A DNA stretch of 63,903 nt, counting the filler, from Polymyxa betae A26-41 (taxonomy: Eukaryota; Protista; Endomyxa: Phytomyxea): NCBI GenBank assembly GCA_003693705.1. It is 6 parts of 6 records of this genome, joined end to end, with 100 filler letters (N's around TTAATTAATTAA, not from the genome) between each part and the next. Parts side by side here need not be neighbours in the genome. Positions count along the whole stretch, not along the records: positions 18,890 to 31,065 come from RBZT01000735.1; positions 31,166 to 39,593 come from RBZT01000873.1; 4 more parts are not named here. The stretch is one strand, 5' to 3'. Below are positions 24,210 to 37,092 of this stretch, in pieces. The notes under the pieces are model-generated. The model worked only from the letters and a program-made list of their open reading frames with translations, had not been told where the DNA came from and made no database searches. How positions within the stretch are numbered: position 1 is the first letter of the stretch; every line of letters starts with the position of its first letter. Position numbers and translations under genes: made by a program.

Positions 24210-26601
24210 TGTTAATGAATTTAGCGATGATGTGTCATGAGGCTCGTCGCTGATGAACTTTTCATTTGTTGCAAATTTTGATTTCTGTGAATCCCCCTGG
24301 CTAACTTGGGTTTCAAGCCTTCCGCTATGTCGATTTGTATCAGTATATGGAGGTGAACCCTTCTGGATTCACGATCCAGTACGGCTCCTGTTATGAACGT
24401 CCTTGGATTTCTGCGCCTTCAATGCAGTCAGACGACTACATTTGGAAATGTTACGCTGGTGCTTCGATGTTGATTGCAGCTCCGGTTGAAAGGCCTTTCA
24501 CAAACCCTTAACCCTAACTTCTTGCAAGTCTCATTCATGTTGACTCATGGGAGACCGCCCATCTCGAAAATCCTCCATTTTAGATAGGCGCTGGGCATGA
24601 ACACTCACTGAACGTTCTCCAATCTCATCTCTGTAATGACTGTCTGAATGGCGATGGGAATACTGTGCTGCAGTCGGCTTCAGGGAACCCTAAACCCTGC
24701 GTCCGGATAGTCTTTGGAGGTCTGCGCCCTGTTTCTGGCTCCATCCATCTCGATTGCTGCAATAAACTCATTCTCTTTGATGTCTCTCACTTTCCCATCT
24801 AAAACCTCATCATCAACGCTTTATCCAAATTGACTTTCGCTGTCTCGGGATTTTGATTTCAAACACAGGCGGTCGTGTCGAAAATATTGAGTCAGTGTCT
24901 CATAAAGCGACCGGCTGTGTAGTTAGAAATGCAAAAGACAAATCTAGTGGGGAACAGCTCGAAAGGTGTCACTAATTGAAGCAGAGCCAAAACATGATGT
25001 TTAGTCTCAATCGATGCTGTGGATAAAAATAACGTTTTTCACATGCTGAGACTGAGTTCCAGACGAAACATGACTTTGTGTCATTAAAATCTTCTGTTTT
25101 ATCCACTCCTTAACCATACCATCTACTCTATAAGCTGTATAGGGTAACTTATGACGTTACAATCAATAAGTCTGTGTGCTACGTGTTAAGTGCAACAGGA
25201 TGCAGTTGTATCAGGTTCGTTTTGGAATTTTAGTATTGTTTAGTCAGTGATTTCACGACATCATCTTTGAGATGTGAAACGCTTCTAAACCTGTACATCA
25301 GCAAAGCCCATTATCTGGCGACTTGCTAGTTGCATTGGTTCTGCTTTCTGCGTTATAACAGTCCAAACTCAAAGTGATGCAATTCCTCGGGCCCCGTCGA
25401 TCCCATTTTGAGTTTTCCATCGGGGCGGAACCCCCCAAACCCTAACCTGTCGAGCTGCGTTGTCACCAATGACGACACCCACTGATACTTGACAGGATCA
25501 AGCAGCGATAATCAATAGAAATTGCGATTGCCGAAACAGATCCCGATTGGCGACCCATAAGCGACGATGCCGTCGCATTGATTCATTCATTGATCAGGTT
25601 GAAATAGGCGGAGAGAGTAATCCTGACCCAGTCTATATTGCTCTTTGAATATCTGAGATCGTTGAATGGGTTTTTTTCGATTCTCTGCGTTTCTTAGAAA
25701 TTCGCTGTTCAATATTGAAAGCGCTCAATTTTTTTTTAAATTTAAAAAAACAAATTTTATCCTTGAATCGCCTTATTGACACGCTCAGAAGCCCGCGGCG
25801 AATGCTTTTGTATTCATATCTGCCCGCTTTTCCGGATTGTAATCTGATCGGAATGTACCACAGTTCGCAACGTGACCAGAAAGAGCTAAGATGGGCTGGA
25901 AGGAAACCAGACAGCTTTCGGGAGTTCAGATTTCTACTGTTTGGATATATATGGAGCGACACGGCCTAAAGGCACGACGATCTACCCCGTCAGATGATCT
26001 ACTAGCATGAACAGAGATTCGTCATGTCATTGTTGGTCAATGGAAGTACAGCATATCACTCCGATTGCAATTAATTTTCCATTTTCACGACGAGAGAGTT
26101 TTCAAAAGCACCGTCCAACCACACCTCCTGCACGCATTCAATTCCAGTAGTCATAAATCCGGACTTTTATTCAAGATCAGATATTATTTCCATTTAGTTT
26201 CCAAAACGTTTATAAACGGCAAGCGGAGGGAGCCTGTGACGGAAGCGCCCAGACGTGCATGCTCCATTGACGGGCCCAACTTCGGTGGAAACCCTAAACC
26301 CTAGCTTAAACATATGATATGAAAGGGGTTGATCAAGAAACACATTGAATCTTTATTAAACTTTTCATCTATCGTGAAGACATGTAGCCATGGGGCGAGT
26401 CGATTCAGTGACAGGGATGAGTAAGTTCCAACTCCGTGGCGGGGATGTAGACTTAATACTATGCTACGAGCCCAAACACTGGCAGCCTTTTGGCTCATTC
26501 CCAGTCCATGATAGCCATCAGAGCACGCCAACCTCATTGGTGCAAATTTTTCATCGTTCTGAGTCCGTGATTCACGCAAGTATTGTTACGCATTTGTCAT
26601 C

Positions 26602-28068
26602 ATGACGAGATTGTCGGCGGCCGGCGTCGTCGTTCTCATCCTTGTCTCGGCGTCTGCGGTCGTCCCGTGCACGCCCGAACCCGTCGCGCCGGTCTTCGAC
26701 CAGCGCGACGTCCTGGACCTGACCCTGGCGTCGATCCCGCTCCGGGATCTGCGCATCTTTAACCGTCTCTCTATGGACCATGTCCGCCTTCGTCGTCTAT
26801 TCGATCCGTCTCTGCCATCGCCCCATCTACCGGACGCCATCAAATCGTTGCGTCCGCGACACCGTCCGGACCTTCGCGCCATGCTCGACTGGCCTCGGGC
26901 TCTCTATCTCACCGGACGTGTCCTGAGCCTGCAAAAACCGGCCGCAGATATCGTCGTGCTGGCCCGATATCTGGTCCAGGATCTCGGACTTGATAAGATC
27001 GGCGTACTGCTCCCAGCGGTGGCGTTAAGATTGGAATTCGGACTGGCGGCGATCGCCCCGTTACTGGAGCTAAGCCCGGATGTGACGGTCTCCGTACCGG
27101 ACGCCGTGATCCAGGCCGTGAACGAAGCGGTCAATGCGATCCTCGTGCAGAAGTTCCGACAAGTGAGCGGGCGCCCCGCGGATCTGGATCCGCCATCCGA
27201 TTCGGCGTTAGTTCGATGGCGGCAGAATCCGGACTTAATCGCGCAAGATTCTGATAGATGCGAGATTATGCGATCTCTAAGACATGAGATCGAATCTCAG
27301 CAATCTTTATTAGAGCAGACCATCTCCGATCTGCGTTTATTCCATCAAAGGTGCTGTCACGATGTCCGCCGTTACTCTCCCACGCAGCTGTCTCCGCCGC
27401 CCCAGCTACAGATGTTCCAGAAGCGATTTCCGTCTCCATTCAGCTACGTGATCGCCGATCCGAAGGCCGTGTCAGCTTACCTGCTACAGACGCTACCGAT
27501 TTGGGCCGTGACGGACCCCGAGATCCTCCTCTCTCTACGCCTTATGGGTATCGCCTTCCAATGCGACCAATATCTCCGTCTTGTATCGAAACTGGATCGC
27601 GGCTCGGTCGACCTCGCCCAGGTCGTACTGCTCCTCGACAACACCGCCGCATTCGAAGCGGTCACGTTCCTGATCGACGCCGATCGCCTGGACGATCTGG
27701 CGGCCGTCTGCGGCATCGGCGGATTCGTGGTGAACTTTCACGGACGCGATCAGCACTGGTATCGTTACCTGCTTGAGTCGTTGCGCCACCCGAAGCCCGG
27801 CCTCTTCCACGTCCTGTCACGTTTCCCGTTCGTTTCGCGCGCCTTCTCCAACAACCTGTCCGTCGATCGAGGACACGCGGGCCAGCACGCCATGTGCGAA
27901 CTCGACGATCTTCTCGTCCGATGCGTGCCGTCGTCGGGCTTCGGCCGCGACCGTGATGAATTCGAGTTCTTAGAGCGTATGAACGGCCTTCACGGCCGAA
28001 GCCAGTACGACGAAGATCCGCTGCACATTCGCTGTTTGTCGCGTGTTTTCTGCCCTTCTGCCTTCTAG
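26602..28068 (+). CDS. Secreted protein with F-box-like N-terminus (family member 3), 488 aa
   Basis: Signal peptide MTRLSAAGVVVLILVSASA; VFDQRDVLDLTLASIPLRDLRIFNRLS; VPDAVI; DPEILLSLRLMGIAF. Confidence 0.85.
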   Translation: MTRLSAAGVVVLILVSASAVVPCTPEPVAPVFDQRDVLDLTLASIPLRDLRIFNRLSMDHVRLRRLFDPSLPSPHLPDAIKSLRPRHRPDLRAMLDWPRALYLTGRVLSLQKPAADIVVLARYLVQDLGLDKIGVLLPAVALRLEFGLAAIAPLLELSPDVTVSVPDAVIQAVNEAVNAILVQKFRQVSGRPADLDPPSDSALVRWRQNPDLIAQDSDRCEIMRSLRHEIESQQSLLEQTISDLRLFHQRCCHDVRRYSPTQLSPPPQLQMFQKRFPSPFSYVIADPKAVSAYLLQTLPIWAVTDPEILLSLRLMGIAFQCDQYLRLVSKLDRGSVDLAQVVLLLDNTAAFEAVTFLIDADRLDDLAAVCGIGGFVVNFHGRDQHWYRYLLESLRHPKPGLFHVLSRFPFVSRAFSNNLSVDRGHAGQHAMCELDDLLVRCVPSSGFGRDRDEFEFLERMNGLHGRSQYDEDPLHIRCLSRVFCPSAF

Positions 28069-29648
28069 CCTCTACTGAATGCATTCCCTATAATACGTTT
28101 TTTATCGTTGTGAACTATGATTAAGAATAGAATTTTCTCTCTACAGCTCACTCAATCCGACCATATTCTGTTGTGTTACAATTCGTAGATTTTAAGCCAA
28201 TAGATATTCAGGCCATCCTGCCTGGATACAATCGGCGTTGCGGTTAGAGTGCAGCGCCGCCTGCTGACAAAGATCAACGAACTTGACGAATCCAATCCAA
28301 TCCGACCTTAATCTTGTAGGGTCCAGTGTAGCCTTCTTGGCCCCGGTCGGGATGGAATGGGCATTGTTTCCTTCCACCGCAAATGGCCGCACAAAGCTCA
28401 ATCCTAACTTGGTGGCATCATCTGATCAGTTCGATTCAATGTGATGTTAAAAGCAGTTAGTTTGTCTCTAATGGGAGCCGTCTTCTGACGATTGATCGAA
28501 TGGAACTTTGAGGCAATTATTTGCTTGAGGCAGTGGCTATCTCAACCGGAATACTCAGCGCGTAAATACTGTGCATGCAGGAGCTGGAAGCTCGTGCGGA
28601 TCCCATAAGACAGCGATGCTCGCGATTTGCATGATGGGTTAAAATTCAGGAAAGATAGCATCGATGCGGACGATTTTCGATCAATGGATCATGTTCCTCT
28701 ATCATATCCGCCTATTTGCATGGAATTCAAACTGCACTGCTCCAGTATGAGCCTTGTCCGTTTATCTATTTCGACATCATGCAAGACACCATGTAGTCAA
28801 ATGAATGTTCTCCTCTCACATGTCATGGACATGGTGCTTCCTTTTCCACCTCGAAAGGTGGAATTCTGAACGAGAGCGTTCAGGTGGATCTGCATAAGAT
28901 CAGTGACAGGATGGCTGCTGCTGCCAAGACTTTGGACATGGTGATTCTGATGGCCAATCTGACATGAAATCAATGGAGGGCGCTGGAATCGCTGTTGGCG
29001 ATCTCGTGGTGTCTCTTGTCTCCTATGGCCTAACCACGTGATGTCCAAACGATCAGATCCAGCTCCAATGTCTATTGCGTATAATCGCTGTGATATGTAA
29101 ACAATATCTGGGGCCGTTTGAGACTCACCAAAGGCAACAAGACCTGCCATGGTCATATCAGAAGCTACTGGTGTTTGTCACCGAGCCAATGCCTTTGTCA
29201 CATATTCTTGCCGATTTCAAACTCCAAAGAGCAATGTTTTCAGACCATCAAACCTCAATCACGAAGAAGTTGAAGAGCATTGACGTCATCGAGTCCGCCT
29301 TGAGGCAGCTCTGTTTGATCAGAACAACATTGAGTCGACTTTTGGAAAGATTCAAGTCCGAAGACGACCTTCATACGGCTTGTCGTGCTCATCGCAGAAT
29401 CGCAGAAGAATTGCGACACTGTTGTCTGGTGTTCGCGCGGCCTCGCGCTCTCTGTGAAGTGTGAAGGACTGGTACAGTGAGGCGTGACCAGCCTGGGAGG
29501 CCGCTCTTAAGGTTGCGGCCGTCGGTTGAGATGAGGCCTCTCCCGTATTCCCGATCCGTGGCGCAGCCCTCTCTCCTGATTTTGTGCGGATCGTGACCTG
29601 GGACTCCGTGGTCACTGCCTCCCTCTGGCTCTTCGTTCAATCCCAACC

Positions 29649-30266
29649 ATGTCTGTCCTCTACTACATTACCGTTGCCATTGTCATCGCCTTCCACGCCG
29701 TCCACGCTATCACACCATTCGCCTTAACTCACACTTCCGTGAGTCCGAATATTCCCCGCTTCTCCTGGATCTCGGAATCTATTCGCCCGAGCCTCTCCCC
29801 AAGGTTTATCAAGGCACTTCCCTCACGAAAACTGAGGCCCATTTGTTCGTCGTCTGCTGGACCTACATTGGATTCGCAACGGATTCCAGATTGTAGCCGA
29901 GTCGATGAGATTCGAGATCTGATATCGAAATGGAAGGAGGTCGAAGTAGCCCGTAATTCTGTCGCTCATATTATAGCTGAAAGATTCGGCGACGAGACCC
30001 AGTCTATGACCGCCCTTCTGCGATTGCATTGTCAGAATCCCGTCGAAATCATGTTAAGCTGTGAAGATCTTTATCAACAAGCAATCGATCAGATGTATGA
30101 ATGTGGATGTACCAATGTGGTCGTCTATACGGACTCGAAAGACGCTGTACATACGGTGCTGTTAGAGGGTATCGGGTTCGTGAAGGGAGATATCATGAAA
30201 TGTGTCAATCTGATGAACGGTGTTCAGACCAGCATTCAACTCTGGACGAAATATCTCGAAGATTGA
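29649..30266 (+). CDS. Secreted 205-aa protein with transit-peptide-like segment and GNAT-like C-terminus
   Basis: Signal peptide ending AVHA; ~50 aa S/P/R-rich, acid-poor segment ending RPICSSS; C-terminal YQQAIDQMYECGCTNVVVYTDSKDAVHTVLLEGIGF. Confidence 0.8.
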   Translation: MSVLYYITVAIVIAFHAVHAITPFALTHTSVSPNIPRFSWISESIRPSLSPRFIKALPSRKLRPICSSSAGPTLDSQRIPDCSRVDEIRDLISKWKEVEVARNSVAHIIAERFGDETQSMTALLRLHCQNPVEIMLSCEDLYQQAIDQMYECGCTNVVVYTDSKDAVHTVLLEGIGFVKGDIMKCVNLMNGVQTSIQLWTKYLED

Positions 30267-31065
30267 TCTTTGTACAAAACGATTAAATCTGTCTACCCAA
30301 ATATTGATCACTTTTGTAAAGCGTATTCATAGATTTTTGGATCAGAGATATTTGTATTTGATGTTTCAAATCTGACCAAATATTAATCGATAGATTCTGC
30401 TTGAAACTGTAAAGAAACGCTTCAATTCTGCCTTTCTGGCTCAAGATAAATATAGAGAAAGAACAATCGTCAGCTGTTAGCTTGTCCCTAGAACCATCGG
30501 TCCCATCAGGAAGAGAAATTTCCTGCAAACTTGGTCGCCACAATCACCGATCATTACGAAGTAGAAAACACGAGAGCTGTGTAGGCCACTCTGTTAGGCA
30601 ATGTTTAAATGAAGTGGATGAACTCCCTGGGAATGATTGGACGAATGCCAGGGTTTTAGGGTTTTGTCCCTGAACCCCAATGAGTTTCACCAAGCTAACA
30701 AAAGAATCATCCTTGATGCCATCTCAATAAATGTCTCGCCTTGTTATCAGTTGCATCATTCGGGAGCTGTCAGAACTTCAACGAGGTTCATCGATCGGAA
30801 TCGCCTGGTCAGTCCCTCGGATGAGAATATTCGATGAAGAGCCCGTAGTACTCTCCCTCACTTAGATGAAACGTAGAACCCAGTCTTAGAAGCTGTGAGT
30901 CTGTTACTGTTTACTTGCTCTCTATAAAACTCGGATCGATATTCATCATTGCGAAAGTGCGTGGTTGTCGTTAGGAGGTCGTGTTGGTGGGAGTCGTCTT
31001 GTGAGAGCGGCTGAGAGCAGGCACAGATCCACAGGCACGCCGGGCCTAGCCCGATGGGCGCTGGC

Positions 31066-31165
31066 NNNNNNNNNNNNNNNNNNNNNNNNNNNNNNNNNNN
31101 NNNNNNNNNTTAATTAATTAANNNNNNNNNNNNNNNNNNNNNNNNNNNNNNNNNNNNNNNNNNNN
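31066..31165. other. Assembly linker
   Basis: N44-TTAATTAATTAA-N44. Confidence 0.97.
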
Positions 31166-32248
31166 GTAGCACTTGTTTTATTGTGCATTGACGCGGAGAC
31201 CGACAGGTTCATCCGCGCCTGGTCTCGTTTCCCTGCTTCCGTGCCAGAAACGGGCATGATATTGCAATATGGTCAGGATTACCACAGTAGAGGCAAAGGT
31301 TGTTGTCGCGACGACGCTGACGTTCTTCAGGGGTCAGAGGAGCGCGGGGCCTTGATACTGGAATAGCGGCATCTATTATCATGGGATCGGAGGTCGGTAC
31401 GGAATTGCTGGGTGCTGTTCGCCGTAGGCTGTCGCTTTGTGAAGACAATCTGCTAGATCAGAGTTCGAATATGCGGTTATCCGCTTCGATAGCGTCTTGA
31501 ATTGCAATTTCCAAGGTAGATGGCCTAGGTTTTGATAACAATAGATTTTTAACTTCGTCATTCAGGCCTTTGTGAAACCAGTACAGTTTCGCTGAATCGT
31601 TCCAGTCCAGGTCTGAAGATATCAATCTGAATTCCGAGGCATAAATAGAAGCGGGTCGTCTTCCTTGTCGAAGTCTTTCAATCCTTTGTGAAGCCGTCTT
31701 CGACCTGTCCGGATCACCGAATGCGCTTTCCATCAAAGAGATAATTGTTTCAGCGTTATTGAGCCGTTCGTCGTTGGCTTCAAGAAGCGGGGAGAACCAC
31801 GACAATGCAGGACCGGTTAGTAGGCTGCCAAGTAGTGCAACTCTTATTGAGTCAGTAGGGTATCGTCTAGGCTGAATTTTCCAGACAAGGCGCAATTGAT
31901 TCAAAAAACCTCGAAGATTTCGGCGATCGCCGTTGAAAGGATCAGGTAACCGAATATTAGGTTCATTTTCTTGAACATGAGTGACGTTGTTGTGTCTCAG
32001 CTGTTGGATCTGATTACGATATTGATCAAGTTCATTCACAGAGCTTGCTGCAAGCGATTTTGGAGATCATTAACATCAGATAACTGCGGTACATGATACT
32101 GATGGTGTTGCTGGTGAAGAAGCGATGGCTGTTGTTGTTGCTGAAGTTGTAGGTTCATAGCTTCTGAGAATGCAGGGTCTGTAGCTTGGCGATTACCAGG
32201 TGGAGGTAGAGACTCGGAACGAGAAAGGGCAGTTTGTTCTGGGCCCAT
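31166..32248 (-). mobile_element. gag: Decayed Ty3/Gypsy LTR retrotransposon gag (RTL1/PEG10-like capsid plus CCHC knuckle); pol lost in the gap
   Basis: [57 protein letters not shown]; frameshift near 32038; in-frame TGA at 31458-31460. Confidence 0.92.
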
Positions 32249-33243
32249 AACCAGTTACACGGAACTAAGTTTCTAGAGATTCTAAGACAAAGATGTTGTT
32301 AAAGTTAGCGAAATACAAGATGATGTTTATATAGAACAGAGACTTTGCAACAAATAGAAACGTGACACATCAGGAGTCACGATGCATGAGACTACTCAAC
32401 TTTCACATTGACAATTAATTGAGAGTTTTTCTTGGACAATTGAACTGCATTATCATCGAGCTCTGCAGACAGAGAATGAAGTTCTTCATCATTCGGCACT
32501 TTGATCTAATAGACAGTCAATATACAGAGGGACAGAACGCTGCTCAAACTCACCAGAAATTTACAGAGACTGCTATAATCACAGATATCAGTCACATCAT
32601 GATTGAAGGAAGACAGAAGGTGGGATGGTGATGATGCCTCGTCAATACGAGGACGTTTCCGGGAGATAGTTTCAACTGGTTAATCATTCTGATTATGAAA
32701 ATATCAGAAACTCCTAAGACATGAGACTTGATAAGGAAACATTACATTGATAGATTCATCAATAGGAGGAAGAGATGAACTATTGTCTGTATGATGAATT
32801 AAAGATGTTGATGTTGCAATTTCAGGTAAATAAGATGTGACTTCATTTTGACACAGAAACCCTACTCCAGTGTCTGTGAGATCGGGATGAGAGACATTGA
32901 CATGAGTGTTTTCCAGAGCGTCTGTAACATTACTTGATTCTAGAAGGAATGCAGCGAAGCACTCAGATAGGCTCCGTATCAGGAAGGGAATCGCTGGGCC
33001 CACCATTTCCAGGCAAAAGAGAATCTAATCGTCGGACTTCGGCCTTGTGTGTGACGGAACACAATTCTGCGTGCAGTTTACAAAAAAAATTAGCCGTATT
33101 TTTAAATGTTTTACAGTACAGTAGAATAAAACCGGGACGAGTGTTTGAGTTTGTTTTTCGTCCGTTGATGCAGTTTTTGATTTCTACAAAATGGAAAAAA
33201 ATGACTTCAAGTCATTTTAAATAGTGACCTTGTTATGAGGTGC

Positions 33244-33302
33244 CGCTAAATATCACGAAATAACTTTTTTTGGCGAGCAGTAAATAAGCCCATAGAAAAA
33301 CA
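33244..33302. repeat. Dispersed direct repeat, copy 1 (possible DNA-transposon end)
   Basis: CGCTAAATATCACGAAATAACTTTTTTTGG...TAAATAAGC resembles 35512-35577. Confidence 0.6.
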
Positions 33303-34129
33303 GGGTTTAGGTAGGCCAGTATTTCTCTCTCCATCTGGTGTTAGGAGTCCCTATTCTCTCTAGATTCTGTAATTGGCCCATCAACGCTGTCTCCTGTTCC
33401 GCATTGACCACAGCATTGAGTTTGGCCTCCAGGTCACAGCTCGAGACCCTTCAGACACAAAGGTGACTTCGGTCCGATGCCAGTTTTGCGTCTATAGAGA
33501 GGACAGCGTTAGTTCGAAACGTAAGTGTTACAATTAATGTCATGTATTCGGATAGGTTCCGTGTATTAGCAGAATCTCTCATTGCAGCATTCACGTAAAT
33601 GGGTGCAGTACTAAACATATACAACTTCTCTACCATTAAAAGAGAAAAAAATCCTCTACCTACTCCCCTGTATAGGATATAAGGCCCAGCTCTGTAGACT
33701 ATTTCAGTCAGTGTATGATACTGTGGTGAAGTACCTATGGGAACGGGGTATAGCTGAAATCTGAGGTAGCAGGGTTGTCTGGAAACTTTATGCCCCCCAG
33801 TATCTGACAGGTGTGATGATATTGTGTGATGGCATCAATGCGTATCATATATGCTGACCAGGTCAGTATCTCTTGTATTCATAATTTCTTTTGTTTTAAG
33901 TTCAAGTTGTATTATTATTTTTTCATTCCAAGTACTCGGAAATACCACTAAGTGCGAGCTAAAATTAGTTAAATTGCTGGTAAGCTCGGATTATTTTGAA
34001 TGAGAAATATACAAAGTAACTAAGATAAAGTAAATGGACCCTGATCATTTTTATTTTTCAATTTTTTTATGTGTCAGAAACTGTTGGTAGGTAGATCACT
34101 TACGGCTCGAGTCGCGGGAACGCCGGTAT

Positions 34130-35200
34130 CAGCGGGAGCGGGACTTTGACCGCCGGCGCGAACGAGAACGGCTTCGCGAACGAGACTTACGACTGCCTGC
34201 TGATTCCACGTCCGAGTCAGAATCGACGGCTTCGGCCTTGCCATGTTTAGGAGATGGAGAGCGGCGGGGCGGAGAGCGACGGCTGGATCGAGGAACGGCG
34301 TTTCGCCGGGCTCTTGGAACGACTACGACGCCGGCTGCTGCTTGAAGTCGCCTTTCGACTTCTTGGCGTTTTCAGGCTTGGCAGCTGGAGCTGGGGTCCG
34401 GGACGAATCACCTTCTTTCACCTGAAGAGCGGCCTCCTTCACTTGATCGTGATTTTCGGGGAATTGTTCGGACAACTTCTTCACCATTCCGCGCAATGGC
34501 AACGGATGTGACACCGTTTTTTGTGGAAATTGCGTTTGTTACGCTCCTTACACACGCTCGCCTCGCAGTTCACAAAACTCGGAAGCTTCTGTTTGAACAG
34601 GTTCCACGTGGACATGGTATTCCCATTACGCTCTGAGTAATGGACCCAAGCCGCAAACACCAGATTTGACTAAGAAAACAATGTAGGTATAAATAGAGAC
34701 AAGAAGAAAAAACAGTTACCTTCGTCATCAGATCGCCCGAAGGAGTCTGCGCCGCGGCGATCTGAGCTTCACGTACCGAACGCGGCGTCTGCCCATGCCT
34801 ACCACGGACGGGTACAGAGGACTGCGAAGGCCCGTCCGGGTCGCGATGCTCGGGAGCAGGAGATATCGCACGACCGCCGTTGGTGGCAGGCGATGGGGAG
34901 AAAACCACGGTGTTGCGGTGTGGGTGATCAAGCTCGATAACATCAGCATCCTGTTCAAAGGTACGATCTTCCTCATGTTTGGGGAACTGTTGCCTCGATC
35001 TCCNNNNNNNNNNNNNNNNNNNNNNNNNNNNGGAGATCGAGGCAACAGTTCCCCGACTTCCTGTAGCAGGAGTTCCTGCCCTACCCGCCATGTGGACAGA
35101 AGGGTAGCGAACTTTTGCAAATATTTGCGCTGGTGGCCAGCGTCCATGAGCTGAAACTTTGATGTGGATGAACGAGAGTCCTACGGATGTCACTGTCTGA
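34130..35200 (-). pseudogene. GC-rich spliced coding remnant of unknown function, possibly transposon cargo
   Basis: Plausible low-complexity protein segments (MSHPLPLRGMVKKLSEQFPE..., QDADVIELD...TPSGDLMTK followed by a GT donor) with internal stops. Confidence 0.35.
34981..35054. repeat. Perfect 23-bp inverted repeat flanking a 28-N gap
   Basis: GGGGAACTGTTGCCTCGATCTCC-N28-GGAGATCGAGGCAACAGTTCCCC. Confidence 0.9.
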
Positions 35201-35511
35201 TTTTTCACACGAAGAAATCCTCCACGCCGATCAGTGGAACGTTTTGAGCACTTGAGGTCGTAGTGGATCTAGTAGCTATTCGCTAAAAACAAACTGAGAT
35301 TATTAAGCGGTCGTAATCGAAACTAATTCTGAATACAAACAGATACTCAAAACGTACTCAAAACGCCTGAATCTTTTGACCTGCCAGTCATCCAAAAAGT
35401 AATTCCTTCCATGCTGGTGCCATAATACCCGCAACATCAACATTGCGTTATCACAAGCGTTGTGATGAAATAAAACATGAATTTTCTTGCAATCAGAAAA
35501 TCATAACGGGT

Positions 35512-35577
35512 CGCTAAATATCATTAAATAACTTTTTTGGAGAACACTACTAAATAAGCTATTTAGGGAAAATAGGT
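35512..35577. repeat. Dispersed direct repeat, copy 2
   Basis: CGCTAAATATCATTAAATAACTTTTTTGG...TAAATAAGC. Confidence 0.6.
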
Positions 35578-36499
35578 TCTGCAGTCTAATTAAAGTGGGT
35601 GTGGTGCCAGCACAAACCCTAGAACCCTAGGTCGTGGACCAGCACGCCGGTGCCGTACTGGACCGCAGCCATCCTGATCTTGTTGCTGCACTGTGACTGA
35701 GTGCTAGGTCACCTGTTCTTGTCCTGTTTCTCTTTTCTTTTCATTCTCTTTTCTAATACAGAGCGAGGTCTCATCAACACGATTCTTCTCCTCTTTCTCA
35801 CGTAGCACAACAGTGGGCTGAACTTTCATCACTCTAAACAGCCTGCTTAGAAAAAAGTGCGTCGTAAAGCGCCAAAATCAGGACCTGAAAATTCCAATTG
35901 ACAGTAACCATCCATTACTCAATCGAGTATGAACCGGGACATACACATGGTCGGGTTCATCTCACGAATATTGGAATAAAACCCGAAGATAAATGAAGAA
36001 ATTTGAGAAGCGACCGAAGCCATGGCGAGACAGATACACCAGGATGGGTATCACAAACTTTAACAAGCGCTCTGGTTCCACGAACAATTCATGGCCAATT
36101 CTCTATCCTCAGAGTATGAATACGGATATATTTATCAAGATATAAATAAATGCGAACGCTGGGTCAGCAGTAGGGATGGCTTGACAGGATACGGTATATG
36201 GGCTCGAGTCCCAGAAGGGTTGGAAGTCTGCCTATCCTATGATACCTTAATGAGGCTTCTCTAGGTCCCACCAAAAGGGCTATTGTCAAAAGCCTTTATA
36301 AAATGGGAGAAATACTGATAGCTTGAAAACGGAAGTAGGAGCTCTTGAGGATCACAATCGTGATGAGCCGGCGTAACTTACGCCTAGTGCTATGGACACA
36401 GCACAGTCTGTTGATAACAACGAAGAGTAGAATCCAATGCAATCCACCCTTTACTAAGCTCATACCGTTTACATTGAAGAAAATGCTCGAACTAGACTA

Positions 36500-37030
36500 A
36501 GCGTGACGGTGGACCGACTGAAGCAGACAGAGACGAAGTACGAAGAGGGTTGTAAGATTGAAAGAGACGTGAGAAGCACTGTTGGAAACTGTTTGTGCGC
36601 GACTTGCATCAAGAAAACTGCGAAGAGGGCTGCGCGTGGGTGGAGCTCGCGAGCTGAAATATGAAACTGCTTTTATAGCTGTCCGCGACGGACAGCTGCG
36701 GATGGTCAAGGAGGCGGCTGCGCACGGCTGTTGTACGCTTGCTCTCGTGTATAGCCCGTAGCAGGGTTGTCGTTCCCAAACCGTCCCTCACTCGCACCCA
36801 TCATCCGGGTCGAATGCCGCTTGAACCGAAAGCACACGTGCTGGTCCTCGCCATCCAGTTGTCGGTGTGGCTGCAGGACGTACTGGCCCAGACGAACACC
36901 CATGAGGAATCCTCTCGAATTGAACCCGTTGAGCTTGTTGACCAGATATCAGGTATTTTTAGAGGCTGATTTTCGTTGCTTTTTTCGCCTTCAGATGTTG
37001 GTGACGGTGTTTTTTTTGTGTATTTCTAGG
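36500..37030 (-). mobile_element. Possible chromovirus (Ty3) 3' remnant: degenerate chromodomain followed by LTR-like sequence
   Basis: Frameshifted YLVNKLNGFNS/EDSSWV resembles the chromodomain YLVKWxGxxxxxxTW; a downstream CTATAAAAG lies in LTR-like sequence. Confidence 0.3.
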
Positions 37031-37092
37031 GCGTGATTTCGAGCTGTGGTCGTACAGGAATTTGATCAATCTTAATTTCGAATATCGTCAAT

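Noticed and set aside
24640-24700. Ankyrin-like NGDGNTVLQSAS fragment
   Set aside because: Too short and surrounded by stops; at most pseudogene debris.
28500-29464. Coding-like fragments including a 129-aa ORF
   Set aside because: No start, motif or consistent splice model found.
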